A DNA stretch of 64,000 bases from Acidobacteriota bacterium. GTDB taxonomy: Bacteria > Acidobacteriota > UBA4820 > DSQY01. Below the pieces are notes generated by a model, which saw nothing but the letters and a program-made list of their open reading frames with translations, was not told where the DNA came from and did no database searches. The stretch lies in assembly GCA_049967655.1 (NCBI GenBank), contig JBMFSH010000003.1, positions 64,001 through 128,000 on the forward strand. Direction: 5' to 3'. The first letter of the stretch is position 1, and each line of letters starts with the position of its first letter. Positions 19,978 through 28,311 of the stretch are shown here, piece after piece. The translations under genes were made by a program, and so were the position numbers.

Positions 19978-21174
19978 ATGGAGAGGAGCGCCCCCCCCTG
20001 CGAAGGTCGGCCACGCGTGCTGCGCGAGGTTTTTCGCCAGACTATCGCCACGTGGTTTCTCGTGGGGGCCTGCGTGGCCCCATGGTGCTGCGCTATGGGA
20101 GGCCAAGCGAGGAGCGGCCGGGCCGCGCGAGGCTCGCGCACGGCCTTCTACGACCACGCCGCCTATGCGCGGGGGCGGTCGCTCTGGGCCAAGGGCGATC
20201 TGGGCGGAGCGGCGCGGGCCTTTGCCGCCATGGTCCAGACCTCCGCGGGCGCGGAGACCTGGACGTGGAGCATCGCTCTCTTGTGCGAAACCCACAGCGT
20301 GGCGGGGATGAGGGACGCCGTGCGCGCTCCGTCGCCCATCTTCATCTCCTCAATGACCTTCCAAGGGCGGACTTGCTACCGGCTCTGCGCGGGACTGGCC
20401 CCGAGCCGTGCGGCCCTGCTCAGGCAGGGGAGGCCGAGGCCGAAAGATCCGGCCCTTCGCCCCTTCCCCGTCCGGCTCGCGGCCTTTGCCGCCGGGCCGC
20501 CGCCGGCGGCGGCCGGAGCGAGTTTGGATTCCTCCGGCGCTTCGCCGCCAACCTCATCTCCTGAAGAGGTGCCGCTTCAGAAACCCTCCCCGGTGGAACA
20601 GAGCCCCTCTAACGGTGTGAAAGCGGGCCAGGGCCTGGTGGCGGCTTCGGGCGAGGCGGCGGGCCGTTCAGCGAATGCCGGCGCCGAGGCCGCTCCACGG
20701 CGGGGCGCGGTCCATCAGCCCGAAGGGGAGGTCTGGTTCCAGAAGGGGCTCCAGGCCTATCAGAACGGGCGAAGGAGCGAGGCCGACGAGGACTTCGAGC
20801 GGGCCCTCGCGGCCGACCCCGAAAGACCGGAGGTCCTGAACAACCTGGGGATCCTCCGGCTGGAAGAGAAGCGCTACGCGGAGGCCGAGGCCCTCTTCCG
20901 CAAGGCCCTGGCCGTCGATCCCGAGTACGCTCGGGCCCACCTGAACCTGGCCGGCGCCCTGTGGGGGCAGAAAAAGCAGGCGGAGGCCGTGGCCGAGGCC
21001 CGGAAGGCCGCCGAGCTCGATCCATCGGACGTCCACGCGCACCTCAGCCTGGCCTCCTTCTACCTGGCCCTGGGGCAGCGCCCGGAGGCGGAGACGGAGG
21101 CGAAGCGGGTTTTGCTGCTGGATCCTGGCAACATGCAGGCGAAGGCCTTCCTGGCTGGGGTACCGAGCCCGTAG
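19978..21174 (+). CDS. Tetratricopeptide-repeat protein
   Basis: C-terminal TPRs (VLNNLG, ARAHLNLA, AHLSLA); hydrophobic N-terminus. Confidence 0.8.
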   Translation: MERSAPPCEGRPRVLREVFRQTIATWFLVGACVAPWCCAMGGQARSGRAARGSRTAFYDHAAYARGRSLWAKGDLGGAARAFAAMVQTSAGAETWTWSIALLCETHSVAGMRDAVRAPSPIFISSMTFQGRTCYRLCAGLAPSRAALLRQGRPRPKDPALRPFPVRLAAFAAGPPPAAAGASLDSSGASPPTSSPEEVPLQKPSPVEQSPSNGVKAGQGLVAASGEAAGRSANAGAEAAPRRGAVHQPEGEVWFQKGLQAYQNGRRSEADEDFERALAADPERPEVLNNLGILRLEEKRYAEAEALFRKALAVDPEYARAHLNLAGALWGQKKQAEAVAEARKAAELDPSDVHAHLSLASFYLALGQRPEAETEAKRVLLLDPGNMQAKAFLAGVPSP

Positions 21175-21231
21175 GGAGCGAGACGGGAGACGCGAGGCGC
21201 GAGGTGATGACCGGGGCGTCTCCTCCCCGCC

Positions 21232-21265
21232 CCGTCATTCTGGCGAGCGGAGCGAGTCCAGAATC
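21232..21265 (+). repeat. Repeat family C copy
   Basis: Identical to 11243-11276; between convergent genes. Confidence 0.85.
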
Positions 21266-21302
21266 GGATCCCTTCAACCCGCGCCCTGAACGGCCCGCGC
21301 TC

Positions 21303-21836
21303 TCAGCTCCCGGGCTTGGGAGCCCGCACGAGGTGGACGTCGTCGATCCAGACGGTGCCCTGGCCGTTGGCCACGAGGTTGAGCTTCACCACGTCGGGTT
21401 TCTGGCCGGCCTGAATGACCGTGGAGGTCTCCATGTCCACCCACCCGGTGGTGCCCCCGATGGCCTTCTGGTAGTCCATGGTGCTGAGCGAGCCGCCGTT
21501 GGCGAAGTGGACCACCATCTGCAGGTAGGCGTCACCGCCGAAATCCTTGGTCTTGACCTTGGCCTTGTAGATCAGCGACGAGCCCTCCGCGCCCGGGAAG
21601 GGGACGTCGAAGAGGGCGACGGTGGTGGGCTGATCGGCGGTGATCTTGAGGGAGCCCTTGCCGTCCGCCGAGACGGAGGGATCAAAGGTCACCAGGCCCG
21701 GCGTCTGAACGCCGTCCATGTTGTCGCAGGGGAAATACTGGATGTCCTTGGGAGGCTGCGGTCCCTTCGAACAGGCCAAGACCGCCACCATGAGCGCGGC
21801 CAGCCCCACCAGGGCGATAGTGCGAACGTCTTTCAT
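21303..21836 (-). CDS. Lipoprotein, predicted beta-sandwich (CBM-like)
   Basis: Lipobox VLAC; GKGSLKI, GTVWIDDV. Confidence 0.75.
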   Translation of the reverse strand: MKDVRTIALVGLAALMVAVLACSKGPQPPKDIQYFPCDNMDGVQTPGLVTFDPSVSADGKGSLKITADQPTTVALFDVPFPGAEGSSLIYKAKVKTKDFGGDAYLQMVVHFANGGSLSTMDYQKAIGGTTGWVDMETSTVIQAGQKPDVVKLNLVANGQGTVWIDDVHLVRAPKPGS

Positions 21837-21881
21837 CGGTTCCTCCTCGGTACCTCCCATCGGAGGGATGGGCGGATCCCC

Positions 21882-22184
21882 TCAATCCAGGTCGATGTCC
21901 CGCTTGAAGGGCCCTTGCGGCCCCTCCTTGGCTTTTTCGAACAGCTCCTTGAACTTCTTTTCCAGAATGTCCTTCTTGCCCTTTTCCGACCGGATGCTCT
22001 CCTTGAACTTCTCCTCGGCCGCTCGCTTCTCCTCGTCCAGCGTCTTGAGCCTGGCCTCGAAGGAGGTCTTCTCGTGCTGGTCGGGTGGAGGCTGGTGATC
22101 GCAGACCACCCGAGATTCGCCGTCGATGGTCAGGAGCGCTCCGCAGCAGGGGCAGGTCACCGTGAAGCTGTCGCCGTCGCTCAC
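21882..22184 (-). CDS. Small Zn-ribbon / coiled-coil hypothetical protein
   Basis: VTCPCCGALLTID, charged helix, ends RDIDLD; GGAGG RBS before GTG. Confidence 0.75.
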   Translation of the reverse strand: MSDGDSFTVTCPCCGALLTIDGESRVVCDHQPPPDQHEKTSFEARLKTLDEEKRAAEEKFKESIRSEKGKKDILEKKFKELFEKAKEGPQGPFKRDIDLD

Positions 22185-22269
22185 CGCAAGGTCCTCCCAT
22201 CCAGAGCATAGCAAGATGGAGGGGCCACCGCCAGGGGGGAAGCGCCGATCCCGATACCCGCCTCGCCAT

Positions 22270-22410
22270 CTCGCTCCATCGCTTAATTGCTCCATCGCTC
22301 AATTGCTCAATCGCTCAATCGCCCAATTGCTCAATCGCCCAATTGCTCAATCGCCCAATCGCCCAATCGCTCAATCGCTTCATCACCTCATCCCCTCATC
22401 ACCTCATCCC
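22270..22410. repeat. Degenerate 8-bp tandem array (ATCGCTCA/ATTGCTCA/ATCGCCCA)
   Basis: Period-8 repeats between divergent genes. Confidence 0.9.
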
Positions 22411-22443
22411 GTCCCACCCCCCGCCCGTGCTATCCTCCCCGCC

Positions 22444-24006
22444 ATGGGACTGGGGGAGCGCGGCATCCTCAGGCACACCGCGAACGTGGCGGCGCTCACG
22501 CTGGTGAGCCGGATCCTGGGCTACGTGCGGGACCGGCTGCTGGCCTCGCTCCTGGGCACCTCCACCTGGGCGGACGCCTTCTACATCGCTTTCCGGATTC
22601 CCAACACCTTCCGCCGCTTCGTGGCCGAGGGGGCCATGACGGCGGCTCTCGTGCCGGTGATAACGCGCTCCATGAGGGAGGACCCCCCGGAGTCGGCCTG
22701 GCTCTTCGCCCGCCGGTTCCTGTACGGCTTCGCCCTCCTCCTGCTCCTCCTGACGGCGGCGGGAACCCTGGCGGCGCCGGTCATCGCGCGGCTCATGGCC
22801 TGGCGGTACGCCCAGGAGGCGCCCGCCGTCTTCGCCCTGACCGAGCGGTTGACGGCCCACCTCTTCCCGTACCTGCTCTTCGTCTCGCTGGCGGCCGTGG
22901 CCATGGGCATACTGAACGCGCGGGAGATCTTCGCCCCGTCGGCCCTGGCGCCGGCTCTCCTGAACGTGGCCATCATCACGGCCGCCCTGCTCTGGGGCCA
23001 CCGGAGCGGCAACCCGACGGGCATGCTGGCGTGGGCCGTCCTCGCGGGAGGGGCGCTCCAGTTCCTGATTCAGGTGCCCTTCCTGCTGAGGGAGGGGATG
23101 TCCTTCGCTCCGGCCTTCTCGCTCACGGACCCCCGCGTCCGCCGGGTCTTCCAGCTCATGGTGCCCGCGGCCATGGGAGCTGGGGTCGGGCAGATCACGC
23201 TGCTCGTGGGGACGGCGCTGGCCGGCCTGGCGGGCGAGGGGGCCGTGGCCGCCCTCTACTACGCCAACCGCGTGACCGAGCTGGCCTTCGGGATTCTGGC
23301 GGCCTCCCTGGCCACGGTGATTTTTCCCCGCCTCTCCAGCCTCGTGGCCATGGGAGACCGGAAGGAGCTGGAGGGGACCCTCTCCCGGGCGCTGGAGGCG
23401 GTCCTCTACTTCCTCCTGCCCGCCACCGCCGGCATCCTGGCCCTCTCCTCGCCCATCGTCCGCGTGCTGTTCGAGACGGGCCGCTTCTCGGCGCACTCGG
23501 TCTCCCTGACCTCGGGACCGCTCACGGCCTATGCCGCGGGCCTGGTGCTCTGGGGAGCGGCCGCGGTGCTGGTGCGGGCCTGCCACGCCCACCAGGACAT
23601 GCTCTCGCCCTTCCGGGCGGGGCTCCTCAGCCTGGCCGTCTTCGTGGCGGCGGCCCTCGGCCTGTTGAGGCACTTCGGGGCCGCGGGCATCGCGGCGGCC
23701 TCCTCCACCGCGGCGCTGGCCAACCTCCTCGCGCTCGCCCTGGCGGTCGCGCGCAGGCACCGGGTCCGCCTGCCGTGGAAGGCGCTCGCCCTGGCCCTGG
23801 CGAGGGACGGGGGTCTGGCGGCCGTCATGGGGCTGCTCTCCTTCGAAATCTGGCGCGCGCTGCCCCACGCAGGAAGGCTCGCCGCGGCGGGAGCCCTCGG
23901 CGCCGCCGTGGCCGGCGGGGCGGCGCTCTACCTCGGAGGCTCATGGCTCCTCGGCTTCCCCGAGGCCAGGCGTGTGCGGGAGATCTTTGGTAGGATGAGG
24001 CCATGA
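22444..24006 (+). CDS. murJ: Lipid II flippase MurJ
   Basis: SRILGYVRD, ADAFYIAFRIPNTFRRFVAEGA, LYYANR; multi-TM. Confidence 0.95.
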   Translation: MGLGERGILRHTANVAALTLVSRILGYVRDRLLASLLGTSTWADAFYIAFRIPNTFRRFVAEGAMTAALVPVITRSMREDPPESAWLFARRFLYGFALLLLLLTAAGTLAAPVIARLMAWRYAQEAPAVFALTERLTAHLFPYLLFVSLAAVAMGILNAREIFAPSALAPALLNVAIITAALLWGHRSGNPTGMLAWAVLAGGALQFLIQVPFLLREGMSFAPAFSLTDPRVRRVFQLMVPAAMGAGVGQITLLVGTALAGLAGEGAVAALYYANRVTELAFGILAASLATVIFPRLSSLVAMGDRKELEGTLSRALEAVLYFLLPATAGILALSSPIVRVLFETGRFSAHSVSLTSGPLTAYAAGLVLWGAAAVLVRACHAHQDMLSPFRAGLLSLAVFVAAALGLLRHFGAAGIAAASSTAALANLLALALAVARRHRVRLPWKALALALARDGGLAAVMGLLSFEIWRALPHAGRLAAAGALGAAVAGGAALYLGGSWLLGFPEARRVREIFGRMRP

Positions 24007-24524
24007 TCGTGGTGCTGCAGCGGGTGAGCCGGGCTTCGGTGAGCGTTGACGGCGAGAGGGTCGGCGCCGTGGGCCCGGGTCTCCTTTCCCTGGTGGCGGT
24101 GGAGGCGGGGGACACGGAGGCCGAGGTGGACTGGTGCGGGCGGAAGACCGCCGAGGTCCGCATCTTCTCGGACCCGGAGGGGAAGATGAACCTGGACGTC
24201 CGTCAGGCGGGCGGGTCGGTGCTGGCGGTCAGCCAGTTCACGCTCGTGGGCGATCTGAAGAAGGGGACGCGTCCCTCCTTTTCTCACGCGGCGCCGCCCC
24301 GGGAAGCCATCGTGCTTTTCGAGCGTTACGTCGAAGGCGTGCGGTCCATGGGCCTCAAGGTGGCCACCGGGGTCTTCGGGGCGATGATGGCGGTGGAGCT
24401 CGTGAACGACGGCCCCGTGACGATCATCCTCCAGCGCCGGCCCCGGGCGCTGGAACTGGAGAAAGAAAAGAGCACCACGGAGGCACAGAGGTACAGAGAA
24501 ATTGCGGATGAAGGGACACGTTAA
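24003..24524 (+). CDS. dtd: D-aminoacyl-tRNA deacylase
   Basis: VLQRV, SQFTL, NDGPVT. Confidence 0.96.
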   Translation: MIVVLQRVSRASVSVDGERVGAVGPGLLSLVAVEAGDTEAEVDWCGRKTAEVRIFSDPEGKMNLDVRQAGGSVLAVSQFTLVGDLKKGTRPSFSHAAPPREAIVLFERYVEGVRSMGLKVATGVFGAMMAVELVNDGPVTIILQRRPRALELEKEKSTTEAQRYREIADEGTR

Positions 24525-24656
24525 GGGGCAGAGGACCAGAGGTGGGGCCGCGGAAATGGGGCGCCATGAGGGTTCTGGCTAATGCGTGGCGCTCCTGCCC
24601 TCCCTTCCTTCTTGCCCCTTCCTCCTGGTCGCCGCTTCTTTTAGAGGAGTCTCACC

Positions 24657-25472
24657 TTGCCAGCACCCGAGTTGAATGCGCGCGTGGCCCAGCGCAGCGA
24701 GGTGGCCCCGGGGCTCTGCATCCTGAGGGTGGTTCCCGAGGGGTGGGAGCTGTCGGATTTCCTGCCGGGCCAGTTCGCGGTGCTGGGGCTTCCCGCCTCG
24801 GCGCCCAGGGATCCCTTCGCCGACATCGAGGAGCCGCCCAAGGAGCCGGACAAGCTCATCCGGCGCTCCTACTCCATCGCCTCCTCATCGAAGGCTAGGG
24901 AGTACCTGGAGTTCTACGTGGCCCTGGTTCATTCGGGCTCCCTGAGCCCCCGCCTCTTCATGTTGAGGCCCGGCGACCCCCTGTGGCTCGGGAAGAAGTT
25001 CACGGGCCTATTCACCCTGGCGGAGGTCCCGCCGGAGCGGAACGTGCTCCTCATCGCCACGGGCACGGGGATCGCGCCCTACATGAGCATGCTGCGCACG
25101 CACGCGCCGGGCGGAGGGGCGCGCCGCTCCGCCGTCCTGCACGGCGCCCGACACTCGTGGGATCTGGGCTACCGCTCCGAACTGCTGGCGCTCCAGAAGA
25201 GCACCGATCGCTTCACCTACCTGCCCGTGATCAGCAAGCCCGAGGAGGAGTTCGACCCCTGGCGGCAGCACACGGGCTACGTGCAGGATCTGTGGCGGTC
25301 GGGAGCCCTGGACGCGGCGTGGGGCTTCCATCCCGGGCCGGAGGACACGCACGTCTTCCTCTGCGGAAACCCCGCCATGGTGGACCAGATGTCGGCGCTC
25401 CTGCAGGCCGAGGGCTTCAGCGAGCACAGCCGGAAGGCGCCGGGCCAGATCCACGTGGAGCGGTATTGGTGA
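24657..25472 (+). CDS. fpr: Ferredoxin/flavodoxin-NADP+ reductase
   Basis: RSYSIAS, ATGTGIAPY, LCGNPAMV, C-terminal ERYW. Confidence 0.88.
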   Translation: MPAPELNARVAQRSEVAPGLCILRVVPEGWELSDFLPGQFAVLGLPASAPRDPFADIEEPPKEPDKLIRRSYSIASSSKAREYLEFYVALVHSGSLSPRLFMLRPGDPLWLGKKFTGLFTLAEVPPERNVLLIATGTGIAPYMSMLRTHAPGGGARRSAVLHGARHSWDLGYRSELLALQKSTDRFTYLPVISKPEEEFDPWRQHTGYVQDLWRSGALDAAWGFHPGPEDTHVFLCGNPAMVDQMSALLQAEGFSEHSRKAPGQIHVERYW

Positions 25473-25473
25473 A

Positions 25474-25501
25474 GTGAGGAGTGAGGAGTGAGGAGTGAGG
25501 A
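25474..25501 (+). repeat. (GTGAGGA)4 heptamer tandem repeat at the fpr/xerD junction
   Basis: Read directly from the sequence. Confidence 0.85.
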
Positions 25502-26393
25502 GGAGAAAAGGGGGAAGTTCCCGGAGGAGTTGGCGCTCTTCTTCGACCACCTGACCGTGGAGCGGGGGCTCTCACCCAAGACGGTGGAGGCCTACCGCAG
25601 CGACCTGCTCCGCTTCTTCGATGCGTGCCGGAAGGCCCCGGAAAAGGTGGGCCGGGAGGACGTCAGGGCCTTCCTGGGGCGGGAGCGCACCGAGGGGCAC
25701 TCGGCCAGCACGGCGGCCCGGCGCCTCGTGGCCCTGCGGACCTTCTACCGCTTCCTGATCCTGGAGCGGAAGGTGGGGGGCGATCCCACCGAGAACGTGG
25801 ACGCGCCGCGCACCCTCAAGCGGCTTCCCGAGTACCTCACCCCTGAGGAGGTGGAGCGGCTGCTGGAGGCGCCCGACGCGGGGAGCGCTACGGGGCTCCG
25901 GAACCGGGCCATGCTGGAGGTGCTCTACGCCACCGGCATCCGGGTCTCCGAGCTGACGGGACTCACGCAGGAGCGGTACAACCCCCAGGCGGGCTTCGTC
26001 CTGGTCATGGGGAAGGGGAGCAAGGAGCGCGTGGTGCCCCTCGGCGAGGTGGCGCAGGACTGGGTGGAGCGATACCGCTCCGAGTCTCGGCCCAGCCTCC
26101 TGAAGAACCGCGTCTCGTCCGCCCTCTTCGTGACGGCCAGGGGCGGGCCGCTCAGCCGGCAGATGGTCTGGATCTTGATCACCGGTTACGCCCGCCAGGC
26201 GGGCATCACCAAGCACATGAGCCCGCACACGCTCAGGCACTCCTTCGCCACGCACCTCCTGGAGCACGGCGCCGACCTCCGGGCCGTCCAGCTCCTCCTG
26301 GGCCACGCCGACATCTCGACCACTCAGATCTACACCCACGTGGAGCAGGAGAGGCTGAAGCGCATCTACCGCCAGTTCCACCCTAGGGCGTAG
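25488..26393 (+). CDS. xerD: Tyrosine recombinase XerD
   Basis: [50 protein letters not shown]. Confidence 0.93.
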   Translation: MRSEEEKRGKFPEELALFFDHLTVERGLSPKTVEAYRSDLLRFFDACRKAPEKVGREDVRAFLGRERTEGHSASTAARRLVALRTFYRFLILERKVGGDPTENVDAPRTLKRLPEYLTPEEVERLLEAPDAGSATGLRNRAMLEVLYATGIRVSELTGLTQERYNPQAGFVLVMGKGSKERVVPLGEVAQDWVERYRSESRPSLLKNRVSSALFVTARGGPLSRQMVWILITGYARQAGITKHMSPHTLRHSFATHLLEHGADLRAVQLLLGHADISTTQIYTHVEQERLKRIYRQFHPRA

Positions 26394-26501
26394 GGCCGCT
26401 CGCCGGATGGTCCGTCCCTCTCGATGGGTGCGCCGAGGGCGGCTGGGGGTGGCAGGCAGGTTGGGGGAGCGATCGCCAGATCGAGAGACCCGGGCGGGGC
26501 C

Positions 26502-26526
26502 GTAGGAGGCCTCTCCAGAGGCCGAT
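26502..26526 (+). repeat. REP-like palindrome (family D)
   Basis: GTAG + GAGGCCTCTCCAGAGGCCGAT; related copies at 33221-33246 (inverted) and 34774-34798. Confidence 0.7.
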
Positions 26527-26549
26527 GCGCCGTGCCGCCTTCCCTACCC

Positions 26550-27002
26550 TCAAGCCCCCGGACGCAACTTGGAGAAAATAGGCGCTAGAAAGGTTGCCCC
26601 CGTAAGGCCCGCAATCAATCCAACCAGGATTAGAAGGATGATGATAAGCAAGTAGAGGCCTCCCCCGATGATGCCTGTCCAGGCGTATCCCTTTCCGCCG
26701 AGCATTCCATCGGAATGGCCGATGCGGGAGAGGGAGACTACGCCCAAAATGACGGCAAGCAGGGCCATCAGCATAAAGCAGCACGAAAGAACCGCGCTGA
26801 TGGCTTGATAGCCCGCCATCTTTGCCATAGTCCCTTGGAAGGAGCCGCCGGCACCGGTTGCAAGGGTGAGGATCATCAAAGCGGCACTCGTTCCGCAGCA
26901 GCAAAACCAGGGGGCTATGCCAAAAGCCATGGAAGCCTTCGCCATGCCACTGACTTGTGGAGGCGAAGCGGGAACCGGTTGAGCCTGATAGACGTCACTC
27001 AT
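26550..27002 (-). CDS. DUF4190-like membrane protein
   Basis: SGMAKASMAFGI, GGKGYAWTGIIGG; visibly lower GC than its neighbours. Confidence 0.7.
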   Translation of the reverse strand: MSDVYQAQPVPASPPQVSGMAKASMAFGIAPWFCCCGTSAALMILTLATGAGGSFQGTMAKMAGYQAISAVLSCCFMLMALLAVILGVVSLSRIGHSDGMLGGKGYAWTGIIGGGLYLLIIILLILVGLIAGLTGATFLAPIFSKLRPGA

Positions 27003-27187
27003 GGCAATCCTCCCTTCCCACCTTCAGTCGGTCCGTGAGCCCGTGGAATGAGAAGAGCCTACACCCGATCGGCCAGCGGGGCAACGGGTTGGGAGCCTGC
27101 ATGGCAACGCTAGGGAGTGAAGGAAGGTGAGCTCCCCCTCCCGCCCCGCTTTTCCCTCCACCCTCCACTCTCTACCCTCCACCGCCC

Positions 27188-27700
27188 CTAAGCCAGCAGC
27201 CGCCAGACCCAGACCACGAGGATGAGCACGATGAGGGCGACGACCGTGGGCAGGAAGACGGGCAGGTCGAAGAGGTGCTCGAAGGGGCGCCTCTTCTTCC
27301 AGGCCACCGGGAGGTAGATCCAGGCGCAGAGGGCGGCGAGGAAGACGCCGACCCCGGCCGGCTGCGTCTCGATGGCCGTGATGGCGTGTCCGTGAAGCAT
27401 CCACGCGAAGGAGGTGGTCATGCCGCAGGAGGGGCAGGGCTTGTGAAAGGCCTCGTAGAAGCCGCAGGGGGGAAGGTCCAGCTCCGTGTGGGTGCCCAGC
27501 CCGGCGGGGTCCGGGCGGAGCCAGCGGGCGATCCCCAGGACGGCCAGGAAGGAGAACCAGCAGAAGCCGTACAGGAGGTGGTCCAGGAAGGCGAAGGGCC
27601 TGGGTTTCGGCGCGCCGCGGTCGGCCGCGCGGGTCGGGCCGGCGCCGGCCGGCGCTCCGGGTGGGGCTCCGGGCCCGCTGGCGGGGGGGCTCCTCTTCAC
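27188..27700 (-). CDS. DUF2752 membrane protein
   Basis: GTHTELDLPPC...PCPSCGMTTSF. Confidence 0.85.
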   Translation of the reverse strand: MKRSPPASGPGAPPGAPAGAGPTRAADRGAPKPRPFAFLDHLLYGFCWFSFLAVLGIARWLRPDPAGLGTHTELDLPPCGFYEAFHKPCPSCGMTTSFAWMLHGHAITAIETQPAGVGVFLAALCAWIYLPVAWKKRRPFEHLFDLPVFLPTVVALIVLILVVWVWRLLA

Positions 27701-28311
27701 CGGTGTCGCAGCTTCTCGATGGCGGCCAGCAGCGTCTCGATGGAGCGCGGATCGGGCAGGAAGAAGAAGTGGCCGGAGAAGGAGTGGTCGCGGGAGGCGA
27801 AATCGGTCTGGATCACGAGCGCCTGGTCGGTGACCTCGGCCAGTTCGATCAGGAGGAGGTCCACCACGGCCTGCGCCATGTCCATGGCGAAGGCCGGGAT
27901 GGAGGGGATGAGCGCGATGTTCAGCAGGGCGCTGACGGCGGTCAGGTAGGAGGAAGTGAGGATGTTCCCTACCTCCTTGAGCGCCGAGATCTCCATTTCG
28001 CCGAGGGCGCGGCGCGGCGTGGAGCCGTTGAAGAGCAGGGCCAGGAGCCCCTCCGCGGAGGACCGGGGCAGGACGAGGAGCATGTTGCCCCGGGAACCCC
28101 CGTAGATGCGGAAGAAGAGGCCGAGGACCTCTTCCTCCGGGCCGCCCAGGGCCTCCACGACGCTAGAGAAGGGCAGCACGTCGACGGCGGGCACCTCCAG
28201 GGTGACCACGCGGTGGGTCATCTGGTGGAGGGCCGTGACGGCGTTCCCTGCCCCTATGTTGCTGATCTCCTTGAGCGCGTCCAGGTCCTCATCCGTCATC
28301 TGCTTGAACAT
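27697..28311 (-). CDS. cheC: CheC phosphatase
   Basis: DALKEISNIGAGNA and SALKEVGNIL. Confidence 0.93.
   Translation of the reverse strand: MFKQMTDEDLDALKEISNIGAGNAVTALHQMTHRVVTLEVPAVDVLPFSSVVEALGGPEEEVLGLFFRIYGGSRGNMLLVLPRSSAEGLLALLFNGSTPRRALGEMEISALKEVGNILTSSYLTAVSALLNIALIPSIPAFAMDMAQAVVDLLLIELAEVTDQALVIQTDFASRDHSFSGHFFFLPDPRSIETLLAAIEKLRHR

Noticed and set aside
25488..26393. Phage or island integrase
   Set aside because: Size and motifs are those of housekeeping XerD, in a housekeeping run with no att sites or cargo.
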